Assembly: GCA_015231685.1 (NCBI GenBank)
Contig: JADGBA010000002.1
Span: 1 to 31,236 of the forward strand
Source: Candidatus Omnitrophota bacterium
GTDB taxonomy: Bacteria; Omnitrophota; Gorgyraeia; 2-02-FULL-51-18; JAGOUK01
Direction of reading: 5' to 3'
DNA length: 31,236 nt
Position numbers and translations under genes: made by a program
The notes under the pieces: generated by a model
Seen by the model: the letters and a program-made list of their open reading frames with translations, nothing else
Database searches by the model: none
What the model was told of the DNA's origin: nothing
In this document: positions 1 to 9,568 of the stretch, piece after piece
Layout of the letters: each line of letters opens with the position of its first letter
Position numbering within the stretch: position 1 is the first letter of the stretch

Positions 1-295
1 TAGACATCCCCGAAGCGGCGCAGCCGTTCGATCTGAATTTGACGCGTGTTGACGGTTGCCCAGTCCGGAGGATCCGCAGACTCCTTGAAGAGATTTTCGG
101 CCTCGGCGGCTTTCCGTCGAGAAGACGTCCGATCTCTTCCCATCCTATGCGTTCTTGTTTGTCCGGACCCGGAAGCTTGCCAATCGTGGCGACGATGCGC
201 TGTCGGGGACCACGCTCGGTGCGGATACTTTCCACCAAAGCCCAGTAGTCGAAGACCTGGCCGGGTTTTTTACGCTGGATACGTCGCAAGAACAT
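1..295 (-). pseudogene. IS1634-family transposase N-terminal part with a 1-nt frameshift near 102-104
   Basis: From ATG 295: MFLRRIQRKKPGQVFDYWALVESIRTERGPRQRIVATIGKLPGPDKQERIGWEEIGRLLDGKPP. The family-like continuation (AENLFKESADPPDWATVNTRQIQIERLRRFGDV) is in a different frame (codons from 101 down to 3). Not in the ORF track. Confidence 0.8.
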
Positions 296-301
296 ACTCT
301 C

Positions 302-330
302 ATTATCGACGGACCAGAAGGACTATTCAA
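302..330 (-). promoter_or_regulatory. sigma70-type promoter for the transposase, probably giving a leaderless mRNA
   Basis: TTGAAT (330-325), 17 bp, GATAAT (307-302), 6 nt, then ATG at 295; no Shine-Dalgarno. Confidence 0.6.
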
Positions 331-481
331 TGGGGTGGTCTTCACTACAAAAGGATTTTTGCGAACCGTCCTTGTTGGACAAGAGGTTACAACTGCGAGA
401 GGGCGGAAATCGGGGTGATTATTTGGATAACTGCGGAACTTGGGCTAACCGGACGTCCGGGGGGAGACGTTAGAAAGGACA

Positions 482-751
482 TCATCGGACCAGACTGGAC
501 GAAGTATATTTGGTTGTCTTAGTGTCATCGTCACAAAAGCAGGGATTCATCGCCCCCACAAGTATGAAATCCGCCGGGAACACTATCGTCGCCTAGGTCC
601 GCGCGATCACGATCCGCCCGTCTTCCATCGGCTGGCGAAGGACCTCAAGCACGTTTCTTCTGAATTCAGGCATCTCATCGAGGAACAGCACGCCGTGATG
701 CGCGAGATTGATCTCCCCGGGCTTGGGAATGGCCCCTCGACCGACGAGCGC
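482..751 (-). pseudogene. comM: Decayed internal fragment of ComM/YifB (Mg-chelatase-like AAA+ helicase)
   Basis: [72 protein letters not shown]. It matches the ComM core motifs (LAHxGVLFLDE, LRQPxEDG, FPAxFxLVxAMNPC), with an in-frame TAG at 593-595 and a TGA at 482-484; the N-terminal half is absent. Confidence 0.88.
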
Positions 752-768
752 CGTGCCTCGGAATTTAT

Positions 769-841
769 GTGTCCTGCCCGGTGTCCAAATAGTGTCCACT
801 TTGGGTGCAGATGGACACCAAATCATACCAATGGACACCAA
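769..841. repeat. Cluster of five GTGTCC/GGACAC motifs (candidate integrase arm-type sites)
   Basis: GTGTCC at 769, 781 and 792; inverted GGACAC at 813 and 833, the latter two within the direct repeat ATGGACACCAA (811-821, 831-841). The functional label is inference. Confidence 0.65.
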
Positions 842-903
842 CGGAACTTGGGGTTTTTCAGAGTGAAGCGAGAATTTCAGAGAGAGCGGAACCGGGGCGC
901 GTT

Positions 904-945
904 TTCATTGCGAACGAAGCGCTCTCCCAGCTGAGCTACAGCCCC
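904..945 (-). tRNA. Truncated tRNA-Ala (anticodon CGC), 5' 42 nt only
   Basis: GGGGCTG TA GCTC AGCTGGGA GAGC G CTTCG TTCGCAA TGAA: Ala acceptor 5' strand, complete D-arm and anticodon loop TT-CGC-AA. Downstream there is no pairing T-arm, no acceptor 3' strand and no CCA. Confidence 0.85.
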
Positions 946-972
946 GTAAACCGGGAATCCTGCAAAAAGGTC

Positions 973-1296
973 TTATTGTTCCTGCGTATTTTTACGAACC
1001 CAGTCCAGGTAAGGCGCGCTGCCATCCTCGACGGACAGCCGGACCACTTCCGGACATTCGTACGAATGAAGCTCCGAGACTCTACAGCTGAGCTTTTCAA
1101 ATAACGCGCTTCGCGTCTTCGCCAGAAGGAGCGTCTCCGTCGAATCTTCCACGCGCTCCTGCCAGCGATAAATCGAGTGGGCGCTATCCATCACGTTGAC
1201 ACACGCCGCCAGCCGCTCTTCCACAAGAGTTCGGGCAATCCGCCGCCCCTCATCCGGAGTGGCCGCGGTGATCAACACCACGCTCACGCCCGACAT
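973..1296 (-). CDS. cutA: Divalent-cation tolerance protein CutA
   Basis: IARTLVEERLAACVN, SIYRWQ and ELHSYECPEV motifs; 107 aa. Confidence 0.95.
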   Translation of the reverse strand: MSGVSVVLITAATPDEGRRIARTLVEERLAACVNVMDSAHSIYRWQERVEDSTETLLLAKTRSALFEKLSCRVSELHSYECPEVVRLSVEDGSAPYLDWVRKNTQEQ

Positions 1297-1307
1297 ACCG
1301 GCCGGTC

Positions 1308-1508
1308 CTAGAACCGCAGGGTGATGGTGTAATTATCGCCCTGTTTTTCGAGAATCACGTGCCCTTCGCGGGCCAGCCAACCAAGACTCATCAGGGTGAT
1401 CTCACGATCACGCCCGATTGTGGATACGATCTCCTTGAGCGTGCTGGATTTCTTATCGTCAAGATAGTGCCAAATTTCGCCCGCGACAATTCCGATTTCT
1501 GTGATCAT
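1308..1508 (-). CDS. Small winged-helix protein (DUF2582-like)
   Basis: IGIVAGEIWHYL...LMSLGWLAREG pattern; start moved to ATG 1508, which has GGAG upstream. Confidence 0.8.
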   Translation of the reverse strand: MITEIGIVAGEIWHYLDDKKSSTLKEIVSTIGRDREITLMSLGWLAREGHVILEKQGDNYTITLRF

Positions 1509-1557
1509 ATTCGTCTCCGATTGGTTGAACCATTTCTGACAAACTCTCAAGGCGCGC

Positions 1558-1566
1558 ATTTTATCA
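1558..1566 (-). promoter_or_regulatory. Extended -10 promoter for the winged-helix gene and cutA
   Basis: TGA-TAAAAT (TGn plus -10) about 50 nt upstream of ATG 1508. Confidence 0.45.
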
Positions 1567-1583
1567 CACGATCGCCGTACTTC

Positions 1584-1826
1584 CTAGGTGTCTGCCGGTT
1601 CGCTCTTGCGGTTCCAACTGTGGCACTGGGGACACTGGGACAGAGTTTCATGGAGCGAGTCGACGTACGTGTAGGCACAAATTCCGCAAGTCCAGACCTC
1701 TTTGGGCGAAAGCTCATATTTCTCAAACGAACGGCCGCGCTCAAAACGGAGCCAATATCCGAGCAGAGCGGCAAGGGCGATGCCCAAATACAGACAAATC
1801 GCTGTGGAAATATCCAGGCCTATCAA
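1584..1826 (-). CDS. Small membrane-anchored Zn-ribbon protein
   Basis: N-terminal hydrophobic helix, then CGIC...CPQC; start overlaps the upstream stop (ATGA). Confidence 0.75.
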   Translation of the reverse strand: MIGLDISTAICLYLGIALAALLGYWLRFERGRSFEKYELSPKEVWTCGICAYTYVDSLHETLSQCPQCHSWNRKSEPADT

Positions 1827-2557
1827 TCCAGGGGCCCCCGTGGAATCATCGCCGGGTCCACCGTCACAACCCCCTCTTCATAGGTGTCCGCCGCCTGCCG
1901 TCGCGACGGCACAAACAACCACTCCATGAAATATCTCTGCCAGGCCAGATCCAGTGCCGGGTCTCCGCCGGAGATGACATTCTCCGCCCTGGCAACATTT
2001 CCGTCACGATCCACCTTCAACCGAAATTCAGAAATCCCGACGGACGCGATGCGCTCGGCGCTGAGCAGCGTCAAATCCTCCGGGAGATCCGGCGGGTACA
2101 GGAGGCTGCGCTCGGCCAGCCTGCCGGTCAGCGGGAATGGACTTTTGGAATAATTCACCGGGAGCCGTTCGTAAAATTCCGCGGAGGCAAACGGCCGCTT
2201 TTCGCCCATAATTCCGCGAAGCGCGCCCCATACCGTCCGGCTCGATGGCACGCTGACGAGGTCCTCGGTTTCCCGGCGGCCGAGCGTTTCCGCCTCCGGC
2301 TCCAAATCCGCCGAGAGCTCATCCGCAGAACGATACACCGTCTGACTCGCTTCGGGCTTCGAGAGAACAATCATGTTGAACGCGTCATCGGAGAGCACCG
2401 GGCCGAGGAAGTAGATTTTCATATCCCCGAGAGATTTCTGCGGCCGGGGTTTCACATCGATGGTGATCCCAAAGAACCACACCAGGTGCCACAACAGCGC
2501 CAGGAGAATAGCGCGCTTGAGAAACACATTGGTGAAGCATTCCGCCAAAATCCTCAA
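1823..2557 (-). CDS. TonB-like energy transducer (N-terminal TM, C-terminal TonB_C-like domain)
   Basis: TM helix AILLALLWHLVWFF with a TonB/TolA-type His; C-terminal FRLKVDRDGNV...SGGDPALDLA...WLFVP; follows exbD. Start set at TTG 2557 overlapping the exbD stop; the start is uncertain. Confidence 0.65.
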   Translation of the reverse strand: MRILAECFTNVFLKRAILLALLWHLVWFFGITIDVKPRPQKSLGDMKIYFLGPVLSDDAFNMIVLSKPEASQTVYRSADELSADLEPEAETLGRRETEDLVSVPSSRTVWGALRGIMGEKRPFASAEFYERLPVNYSKSPFPLTGRLAERSLLYPPDLPEDLTLLSAERIASVGISEFRLKVDRDGNVARAENVISGGDPALDLAWQRYFMEWLFVPSRRQAADTYEEGVVTVDPAMIPRGPLD

Positions 2558-2970
2558 TATGCGCCCCCCGGCTGGTTGGTCGCGATATTCACCTTGCGGA
2601 TGCCCAGGTGGCGGCACAGATCCCAGATCTCCACAATCCTCCCGAGAGAGGCGCCGGCGTCGGCCTTGATCAAAACGCTGGAATTGTCACGGGCCGCCTT
2701 CTCGAGCAGATCTCCGAGCACCCCGATCTGGATCGGCTTGTAGTTCAGATACAACAAATCCTGCGAGGTGACAGAAACCACCAGGTTCTCGGAATCGATG
2801 ATTTCGCTCGTCACGGCGCGAGGCAGGCGGACCTTGATCCCCGGCTGCAGAATGAAGTTCGATGTGAGCATGAAGAATATGAGAAGCAAAAACATCACAT
2901 CCACAAGCGGCGCAATATCAATCACCCCTTTGTGGAGCGCGGTTCGACGCTTCAGGCGGCTAAATTGCAT
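2554..2970 (-). CDS. exbD: Biopolymer transporter ExbD/TolR
   Basis: DIAPLVDVMFLLLIFFML TM helix with the conserved Asp, LIKAD motif, AGGAGG RBS. Confidence 0.93.
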   Translation of the reverse strand: MQFSRLKRRTALHKGVIDIAPLVDVMFLLLIFFMLTSNFILQPGIKVRLPRAVTSEIIDSENLVVSVTSQDLLYLNYKPIQIGVLGDLLEKAARDNSSVLIKADAGASLGRIVEIWDLCRHLGIRKVNIATNQPGGAY

Positions 2971-3011
2971 CTACGCCTCCTTCAATGACGAATCGGAACG
3001 GCTGCATCGGG

Positions 3012-3644
3012 CTAGACCTCCGGGACATCACGTTTTTCTGAGAGCGTGCTGAGAAGATCGGTCGCGCCTTTTTCCATATCAAGGACCAGTCCATCCACGC
3101 GGCTCGTCAGGTAGTTATACGCCACATAGGTGGGGATTGCGACGCAGAGACCCACCACGGTGGTGAGAAGCGCCTGCCAGATTCCCCCGGCAAGATCTCC
3201 CGGGTTCAGGGGTGAAACCGCGGAGGATTTCTCCTGTATCACCTGAAATGCCTCGACCATGCCCGTGACGGTTCCGAGAAGACCCAATAGCGGCGAAATG
3301 TGCGCGATGGTGGCCAGAACCGGCAAACGCCTCTCGAGCTGCGGCACCTCATGCAACGCCGCGTCCTCAATGGCCTCCCGAATCTCAGCTCTGGGCCGAT
3401 CGTGTTTGAGAATTCCCTCTTTGAGGACGGTAGCCACCGGACCCGGGGTCTTCTCGCAGAGATCCACCGCGTCCATGATGCGGTTCCGCTTCACGGACCG
3501 CGCGATCTGCTCCGAAAATTTGCGCGCGTCCACACTGACCTTCTGGAGATAAAAAATCCTCTCGGCCGTGATCACAAAGGCCGCGAACGAACACGCCAGA
3601 ATCGGCCACATGAGCGGCCCGCCCTTTTGAATAACATCCCACAT
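3012..3644 (-). CDS. exbB: MotA/TolQ/ExbB proton channel
   Basis: LATIAHISPLLGLLGTVTGM and GGIWQALLTTVVGLCVAIP motifs; AAGGAG RBS. Confidence 0.93.
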   Translation of the reverse strand: MWDVIQKGGPLMWPILACSFAAFVITAERIFYLQKVSVDARKFSEQIARSVKRNRIMDAVDLCEKTPGPVATVLKEGILKHDRPRAEIREAIEDAALHEVPQLERRLPVLATIAHISPLLGLLGTVTGMVEAFQVIQEKSSAVSPLNPGDLAGGIWQALLTTVVGLCVAIPTYVAYNYLTSRVDGLVLDMEKGATDLLSTLSEKRDVPEV

Positions 3645-3661
3645 TGTCGCTGTTCTCCTTG

Positions 3662-6049
3662 TTATTTGAGCTTTTTGGCTTCCTCATAGCGGCCCATGGA
3701 TTCCAAAATGGCCGCCGAACGCTGCCGCCCCTCTTCGCCATGGGCGGTCTGATCCGGATAAAGATAACCCACTTTGAGATATTCGCTCACCGCCTCGTCG
3801 TAATTCCCCTCGCGCTCCTGCGCTTCGCCGAGCTTGAGCTGGTACGAGGCGGATTGAGGCGCCGGGGAGGCTTCGACGGCTTTGCGAAAATAAAATACCG
3901 CCTCCTTCGTGTTGCCTTCGAGCATCAAAAGCTCTCCGAGGTTTCCCCACACCGCTGACCGTATCCGCTCACCTGCCATTGTGGTGGACACGGCCAGGAG
4001 CGCCGACTTGGCTTCCCGGATACGGTGGGATGCCACTGCTATTTCGGTCAGAGCCGTGGCGGCCTTCGCCGCGCTGTCGCCTCCCGGATCGCGCTCCAAG
4101 ATCATACGGTATACCTTGAATGCTGCGGCGTCGCGCCCTTCGTGCCTGAGAAGCTCCCCCCAAAGCCACAGACCGTTGTCGGATAAATCGTGCGAAGCAT
4201 ACCGGGTCTCGAACCGGCTCAGATAATTCGCCGCCGAATCATAGCGTCCCCGCTCAAAATTGTATTCCCCGAGGAGATACGCCACATCCCCCGCCAAATC
4301 AGCGTCCGGATACCGCGAGAGGAGCGACTCAAGCTCATCGAGCGCTTCTTCATCCCGCCCGGTCCTCAAAAGAACGAGCGCGTGCTGATAATGGGCCATC
4401 ACGCCAAGATCTGATTCCGGCTCGGTACGGATGATGTCGCTGAAAATCTCCAAAGCCGGCGCCCACGCCTGAAGATTGTAATGACACACCGCGCTCTGAA
4501 AGTACGCCCGTCGCTTCAGCGGACTCTCGGGATACAGGCGCACCAAGTCCTTCAATGGCCCGAGCGCCGAAACGAAATCCCCTTTCTTCATGAGCGCCAT
4601 CCCCAGCCCGTAGAGCGCGTCGTCCCGATAAGCGCTGGTCGGAAACTCCTGCAACAGCGCCTGAAATCCCAGAACCGCGGCCTCGTAATTGCCCAAACGC
4701 ACCAGTGCCGCGGAGAGCTGATACTGCGCCGCATCCGCGTACATCGAATTCGGATACTCTTCAAGGACCTCGTCGTAATAACCGATGGCCTCCTCGATCT
4801 TCCCGTTCTCCATGAGCGTATCGGCAATATTGACCAGAACCGCCGCCCTCAGACGTTCGTCCTCCGATGTCTCCTTGAGAACATACAAATATTTCATCGC
4901 CTGGGCGTCATCCCGAATCTTGAACGATGCCCAAGCCAGTTTGTAACGCGTTTCGGAGGTCAGCTCGCTCATCGGATATGACTCCACAAGCGACTGCCAC
5001 AACTCGATTGCGCGCGGATAATTCCCCCGGTCATAATGGATTTCTCCCTCCCAGAAAAGCGCGTCATCCGCGAAGGCCGAATCCGAATATTCATAACGTA
5101 AGTGATCAAAAGCTTCCATCGCTTCCTCGTATCGCTCAAGCTTCTCCAGACAACGCGCTCTGCCAAAGAGGAACGAATCAGCCAGGCCCGACGCGCTGAA
5201 GTCCTGCGCGAGCGGGGTAAAGGCTTCCAGACTTTCCCGGTACTGCTCCAGCTGAAAGTACGCCCACCCCAACCGATGCAGGGCAAAGGGGTACAGAGGG
5301 CTGTCGCCGTTGCCGCGCAGGACCGTGCGGAGATATTCCACGGCCTTGGGATAATCCCTGAACACAAACGCGGTCTCACCCAAAAGGTAATAGGCCTGAG
5401 GGGCGTAGCGATTCAGAGGATGAAAATCCACAAAGCGGGACAGAACTTCGGATGCCTTCTTGAAGTTCTGGACCTCAAACGCGATTCGTCCGAGCTGAAA
5501 ACGGCTTTCCGCCACATAAGGCCCATTGGGCGAATTCACAATCAGCTGTTCAAACGCCTTCATCGCGCCTTCAGAATCGCCCATTCTCTCCAGAGCCCAC
5601 GCGCGGGAGTACCGGGCCAGATCCGCCAGGCTCGAGGAAGGGTAGCGTTGCGAAACCTGCTCATAACTCTTGGCGGCAAGCGCGAATTCCCCCGTTCGGA
5701 AATAGGCCTCCCCGATCCAGTACATCGCGTGATCCGCAAGCAACGATTCTCCCTTGGCGGCTTTCATGGATTCAAGGACCTCGACGGCTTCCGAGTACTT
5801 CCCCTCTTCCACGAGCGCGCGACCCAGATAAAGCTTCGCACGGGGCCTTTGTCGTGACTCGGGATAGTTCGTCAGAAATTCCGAGGCCTTCTGCGAACAC
5901 AGTTCGTACAAACGGTCCTCAAAAGTACGCGCGACGACGAGCAGATCTTCCCTTTCGGCGGCTTTGGCAGGGAGCTCCGTCAGGATCCCTGCAAGCACCG
6001 AGAGGATGGCCGCCGCAAGAACTGTCTTCAACTGTCGAGAACGTGTCAT
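3662..6049 (-). CDS. Exported multi-TPR protein (CpoB/BamD-like repeats)
   Basis: Signal peptide ending AKA; more than a dozen helical repeats of the form A.Y.LG...Y..A...F..L...YP; 795 aa. Confidence 0.85.
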   Translation of the reverse strand: MTRSRQLKTVLAAAILSVLAGILTELPAKAAEREDLLVVARTFEDRLYELCSQKASEFLTNYPESRQRPRAKLYLGRALVEEGKYSEAVEVLESMKAAKGESLLADHAMYWIGEAYFRTGEFALAAKSYEQVSQRYPSSSLADLARYSRAWALERMGDSEGAMKAFEQLIVNSPNGPYVAESRFQLGRIAFEVQNFKKASEVLSRFVDFHPLNRYAPQAYYLLGETAFVFRDYPKAVEYLRTVLRGNGDSPLYPFALHRLGWAYFQLEQYRESLEAFTPLAQDFSASGLADSFLFGRARCLEKLERYEEAMEAFDHLRYEYSDSAFADDALFWEGEIHYDRGNYPRAIELWQSLVESYPMSELTSETRYKLAWASFKIRDDAQAMKYLYVLKETSEDERLRAAVLVNIADTLMENGKIEEAIGYYDEVLEEYPNSMYADAAQYQLSAALVRLGNYEAAVLGFQALLQEFPTSAYRDDALYGLGMALMKKGDFVSALGPLKDLVRLYPESPLKRRAYFQSAVCHYNLQAWAPALEIFSDIIRTEPESDLGVMAHYQHALVLLRTGRDEEALDELESLLSRYPDADLAGDVAYLLGEYNFERGRYDSAANYLSRFETRYASHDLSDNGLWLWGELLRHEGRDAAAFKVYRMILERDPGGDSAAKAATALTEIAVASHRIREAKSALLAVSTTMAGERIRSAVWGNLGELLMLEGNTKEAVFYFRKAVEASPAPQSASYQLKLGEAQEREGNYDEAVSEYLKVGYLYPDQTAHGEEGRQRSAAILESMGRYEEAKKLK

Positions 6050-8883
6050 AGAATCTTTTTCAAAAATTGTCCCGTGTAAGAGGCTGCGATTCCGGCAAGT
6101 GCTTCCGGAGTTCCCGCCCCCACCACTTTGCCGCCGCCAGAGCCGCCTTCGGGCCCCAGATCAATCACGTGGTCCGCGGACTTGATCACATCCAGGTTGT
6201 GCTCAATCACAATCACGGTGTTGCCGCGGTCCACCAACGCCTGCAGAACGCCCAGAAGCTTCGCGATGTCCTCAAAGTGAAGCCCGGTGGTCGGCTCATC
6301 GAGGATATACAGCGTCTTGCCCGTCGCGCGTTTCGAGAGCTCAGTCGCAAGCTTCACACGCTGAGCCTCGCCGCCCGAAAGGGTCGTCGAGGACTGCCCC
6401 AGTTCGACATAACCCAAACCGACATCAAAAAGCGTTTTTAACTTCGAATGGACCGCCGGAATATTCTCGAAGATTTCCATTGCTTCCTCCACGGAAAGCT
6501 TCAGCACCTCGGCAATGTTACGGCCGCGATAACGCACCTCCAGCGTCTGTGCATTGAATCGCATGCCCCTGCAGACCTCGCAGGTCACGAAGACGTCGGG
6601 CAAAAAATGCATTTCGATCATTTTAACACCATCGCCCTCACAAGCCTCACAACGTCCGCCCTTGACGTTAAAGCTGAAGCGCCCGGGCTTAAACCCGCGC
6701 ATCCTCGAATCCGGCAAGCGGCTGAATATCTCCCGGATCGGTCCCCAAATCCCAGTGTACGTCGCCGGATTGGAGCGCGGAGTACGGCCAATCGGCGACT
6801 GGTCAATCTCGATCACTTTGTCGATTTGCTCCGCCCCGAGAAGCTTCTTGTGCGCGCCCGCGCGCTCCCGGGATTTGTACAGCTTCTTTCTCAAAGCCTT
6901 CCAAAGAATCTCGTCGATGAGCGTGCTTTTGCCGGAACCGGAAACGCCCGTGACGCAAATGAAGGTCCCCAACGGAAAGTCCACCGTGATGTTCCGCAAA
7001 TTGTTTTCGGATGCGCCTTCAATGCGAATACGCTTGCCCGCACGGCCGCGGCGGCGCGATGCCGGCACGGGAATGGACAACGCTCCCGAAAGGTACTTTC
7101 CGGTCACCGACTCGGCGCACTTCACGATCTCTGCCGGAGGTCCGGAATAAACAACCCGTCCTCCGTGAGCGCCCGCGCCCGGCCCCAAATCCACCAGATG
7201 ATCGGAAACACGCATCGTTTCTTCGTCGTGCTCCACCACAATCAGGGTATTGCCGAGATTTTTGAGCGATTCGAGCGTCGCAAGCAGCTTCTGATTGTCT
7301 CTCTGATGAAGACCGATGGAAGGCTCATCGAGCACATAGAGCACACCCATGAGCCCCGCACCGATCTGGGTCGCCAGGCGGATACGCTGGGCTTCGCCTC
7401 CCGAAAGGGTCCCGCTCGTACGGCTCAGCGTGAGGTATCCCAGGCCGACATCGAGCATGAATTTGAGTCTTTCCCGGATTTCTTTGAGAATCTGCCGCGA
7501 AATATGCATCTCCTCCTCGGAGAGCTTCAGTCCCCCAAAGAACGTCACCGCCTCATCTACCGGCATTTCGCAGACTTCATGAATGTTCTTCCCGGCCACC
7601 CGCACCGCGAGGCTCTCGGGCTTCAGCCGCCGGCCGCTGCAGGCGGTGCAGGGCTGTTCACTCATGCACTTGTTGATTTCGTTTTTCATCCACTCCGAAT
7701 CGGTCTCTTTAAAACGGCGCTCCAGATTCGGCACCACGCCCTCAAATCCGCCGGACCATCCGCCGTCAGCGCCCGGTTCTCCGTACAACACCAGCTTCTT
7801 CTGGGCGGCAGAAAGTGATTCAAACGGCGCGTCCAGACTAAAGCCCTTTCTCTCGGCGAGCCGCCTAAGCTGTCGGCGCAAATAGATCATGTAGGATTTG
7901 CCTCCGCGCTTCCACGGAACGATCGCTCCCTGCCGCAGGGTCTTGGACGGATCGGGGATCACCAGTCGGACATCAATCTCCTGCTTGTTGCCGAGACCGT
8001 CGCACATCGGGCAGGCGCCATAGGGAGAATTGAAGGAAAACATCCGGGGCTGAATTTTTTCAAAACTCACGCCGCAGTGGGCGCAGGCATGGTGTTCCGA
8101 AAAAATCTGTTCGTTCACCGGCGCTTTGTCCCCGCCCGCCCCCGGGAGCTCCGCCGCCACCCGGATCACGCCGCCGCCGGTTCGCAGGCCGGCCTCTACT
8201 GAATCGGTCAGCCTTTTTTTGTTGTCAGCCCTCAGCGTCAGACGGTCCACAACCACTTCAATGGTGTGCTTAAGCTTCTTGTTCAGTTCGATCTTTTCCG
8301 AAAGCTCCCTGATAACGCCGTCCACGCGCGCCCGGACGAACCCCGCCTTGCGCGCATCATCAAACACCGAATGGTACTCCCCTTTACGACCCTCAACCAG
8401 AGGCGCCAGAAGCGTCACCCGGGCGGACTCCCCGAGGATCATGACCTGTTCAACGATTTCCTGCGCGCTCTGACTCGAAATCTGCCGTCCGCAGCGGTGG
8501 CAGTGCGGAATCCCGATCGACGCATAGAGGAGCCTGAGATAATCATAAACCTCGGTGATGGTCCCGACCGTGGAGCGGGGGTTCGCCCCGGCATTTCTCT
8601 GCTCGATGCTGATAGCGGGCGAAAGCCCTTCAATGTATTCGACATCCGGCTTTTGCATCTGGTCCAAAAACTGGCGGGCATAGGCGGAGAGGCTTTCCAC
8701 ATACCGCCGCTGACCTTCCGCATAAATCGTGTCAAACGCCAATGAGGACTTGCCGGAGCCGCTCAAGCCGGTGATCACCGTCAGGGCATTACGGGGAATG
8801 CGCACATCAATCCCCTTAAGGTTATGCACCCGGGCATTTTTGACAAAGATTTCTGACTTGGGCCGAAGCTCAGGAGTTTTCAT
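6046..8883 (-). CDS. uvrA: Excinuclease ABC subunit A
   Basis: Two ABC ATPase modules ([24 protein letters not shown] twice), Zn fingers, NARVHNLK start motif. The start may be 8883 or 8898. Confidence 0.98.
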   Translation of the reverse strand: MKTPELRPKSEIFVKNARVHNLKGIDVRIPRNALTVITGLSGSGKSSLAFDTIYAEGQRRYVESLSAYARQFLDQMQKPDVEYIEGLSPAISIEQRNAGANPRSTVGTITEVYDYLRLLYASIGIPHCHRCGRQISSQSAQEIVEQVMILGESARVTLLAPLVEGRKGEYHSVFDDARKAGFVRARVDGVIRELSEKIELNKKLKHTIEVVVDRLTLRADNKKRLTDSVEAGLRTGGGVIRVAAELPGAGGDKAPVNEQIFSEHHACAHCGVSFEKIQPRMFSFNSPYGACPMCDGLGNKQEIDVRLVIPDPSKTLRQGAIVPWKRGGKSYMIYLRRQLRRLAERKGFSLDAPFESLSAAQKKLVLYGEPGADGGWSGGFEGVVPNLERRFKETDSEWMKNEINKCMSEQPCTACSGRRLKPESLAVRVAGKNIHEVCEMPVDEAVTFFGGLKLSEEEMHISRQILKEIRERLKFMLDVGLGYLTLSRTSGTLSGGEAQRIRLATQIGAGLMGVLYVLDEPSIGLHQRDNQKLLATLESLKNLGNTLIVVEHDEETMRVSDHLVDLGPGAGAHGGRVVYSGPPAEIVKCAESVTGKYLSGALSIPVPASRRRGRAGKRIRIEGASENNLRNITVDFPLGTFICVTGVSGSGKSTLIDEILWKALRKKLYKSRERAGAHKKLLGAEQIDKVIEIDQSPIGRTPRSNPATYTGIWGPIREIFSRLPDSRMRGFKPGRFSFNVKGGRCEACEGDGVKMIEMHFLPDVFVTCEVCRGMRFNAQTLEVRYRGRNIAEVLKLSVEEAMEIFENIPAVHSKLKTLFDVGLGYVELGQSSTTLSGGEAQRVKLATELSKRATGKTLYILDEPTTGLHFEDIAKLLGVLQALVDRGNTVIVIEHNLDVIKSADHVIDLGPEGGSGGGKVVGAGTPEALAGIAASYTGQFLKKIL

Positions 8884-9568
8884 CTTGATTCGCAGCAACC
8901 GGAATGCTCTCCCCTTTAAGAATGGGCGGAATCGGCCGTGTGTCGATCCTCAATCCCCCGTCATGTTCAATCCTTATGGAGTATAACGTTCCCGGAACAA
9001 ATAAAGATCCCGGCGCCTCGATCTGCGCGCTTTTGATGCCCGCGGTAAGACGCTTTTGCGGATCCAAAGCAACTTCCCAGAACTCCTCCCATATCTTCTT
9101 CTGGAAACCCTCGGGAACTCCGGAAACACGGTATCCCGCGGGAATGCTGTCGGCGGCGGTAATCTCGAATTCCTGGGTCTCTGCTCCGTCCAGCACAAAT
9201 GCCTTCAAAAAAAGATAAATGCTCTTTCCCTTCAGAGAGTCCCCCTTCATCACACTCTCGTCTTCAAACCGCACCACCAGGGACTGAAACTGAATCAGAT
9301 TGCCCATGAACTCGAAGTAGCGGGGCTCGAGCGGACGGCCGTGGATGTCATATTCCAAAAACTTGATCCGCGTCAGACGGCGGCGGCTTCGGTCATCATA
9401 CCGCACACCGGTCACCAGGACCTCGGCTGCGCGGGAGTCCGCCGTGAGATTCGCCTGAATCTTCTTTAGATTCTCAATTTCACGGACGTGCCGCGTAACC
9501 AGCAAAATTCCTCCGGCGACAACAGAGATCACCAGAAATATCGTCAGTTTGTTAAGCGTTTTGAACAT
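8870..9568 (-). CDS. Hypothetical single-pass membrane protein
   Basis: N-terminal TM ([17 protein letters not shown]), short coiled coil, globular domain; start moved to ATG 9568; no family recognised. Confidence 0.7.
   Translation of the reverse strand: MFKTLNKLTIFLVISVVAGGILLVTRHVREIENLKKIQANLTADSRAAEVLVTGVRYDDRSRRRLTRIKFLEYDIHGRPLEPRYFEFMGNLIQFQSLVVRFEDESVMKGDSLKGKSIYLFLKAFVLDGAETQEFEITAADSIPAGYRVSGVPEGFQKKIWEEFWEVALDPQKRLTAGIKSAQIEAPGSLFVPGTLYSIRIEHDGGLRIDTRPIPPILKGESIPVAANQDENS

Larger units (their letters stand above)
1..444 (-). mobile_element. IS1634-family insertion sequence, transposase-proximal end; continues beyond the left edge
   Basis: Transposase N-terminus at 295 and a candidate terminus CCCAAGTTCCG (minus strand, 444-434) about 150 bp upstream. 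Assignment of the terminus relies on my recollection of IS1634-type ends; the other end is outside the window. Confidence 0.75.
434..852. repeat. Direct repeat CGGAACTTGGG at 434-444 and 842-852
   Basis: Identical 11-mer read at both positions; the first copy is the presumed IS terminus. Confidence 0.75.

Noticed and set aside
39-522. Short ORFs 39-248, 46-522, 155-418 and 145-345
   Set aside because: They overlap the transposase and IS end in other frames and show no protein-like signal
593-841. 82 aa ORF as a functional comM gene
   Set aside because: Its first ~30 codons are translated repeat DNA, and ComM similarity continues past its stop, so it is a pseudogene fragment
769-841. CRISPR array
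   Set aside because: Repeats are only 6-11 bp with irregular spacing and mixed orientation; no cas genes
853-903. Intron-containing or complete tRNA-Ala
   Set aside because: The break is after the full anticodon loop, not within it as for bacterial group I tRNA introns. The downstream GGTTC has no pairing T-stem, and there is no acceptor 3' strand or CCA.
6448-7818. 456 aa plus-strand ORF, and similar ones at 5102-5857, 23037-24260, 24363-25412 and 27147-27998
   Set aside because: Antisense shadows of well-supported genes (uvrA, TPR, gspE, atpD, atpA)
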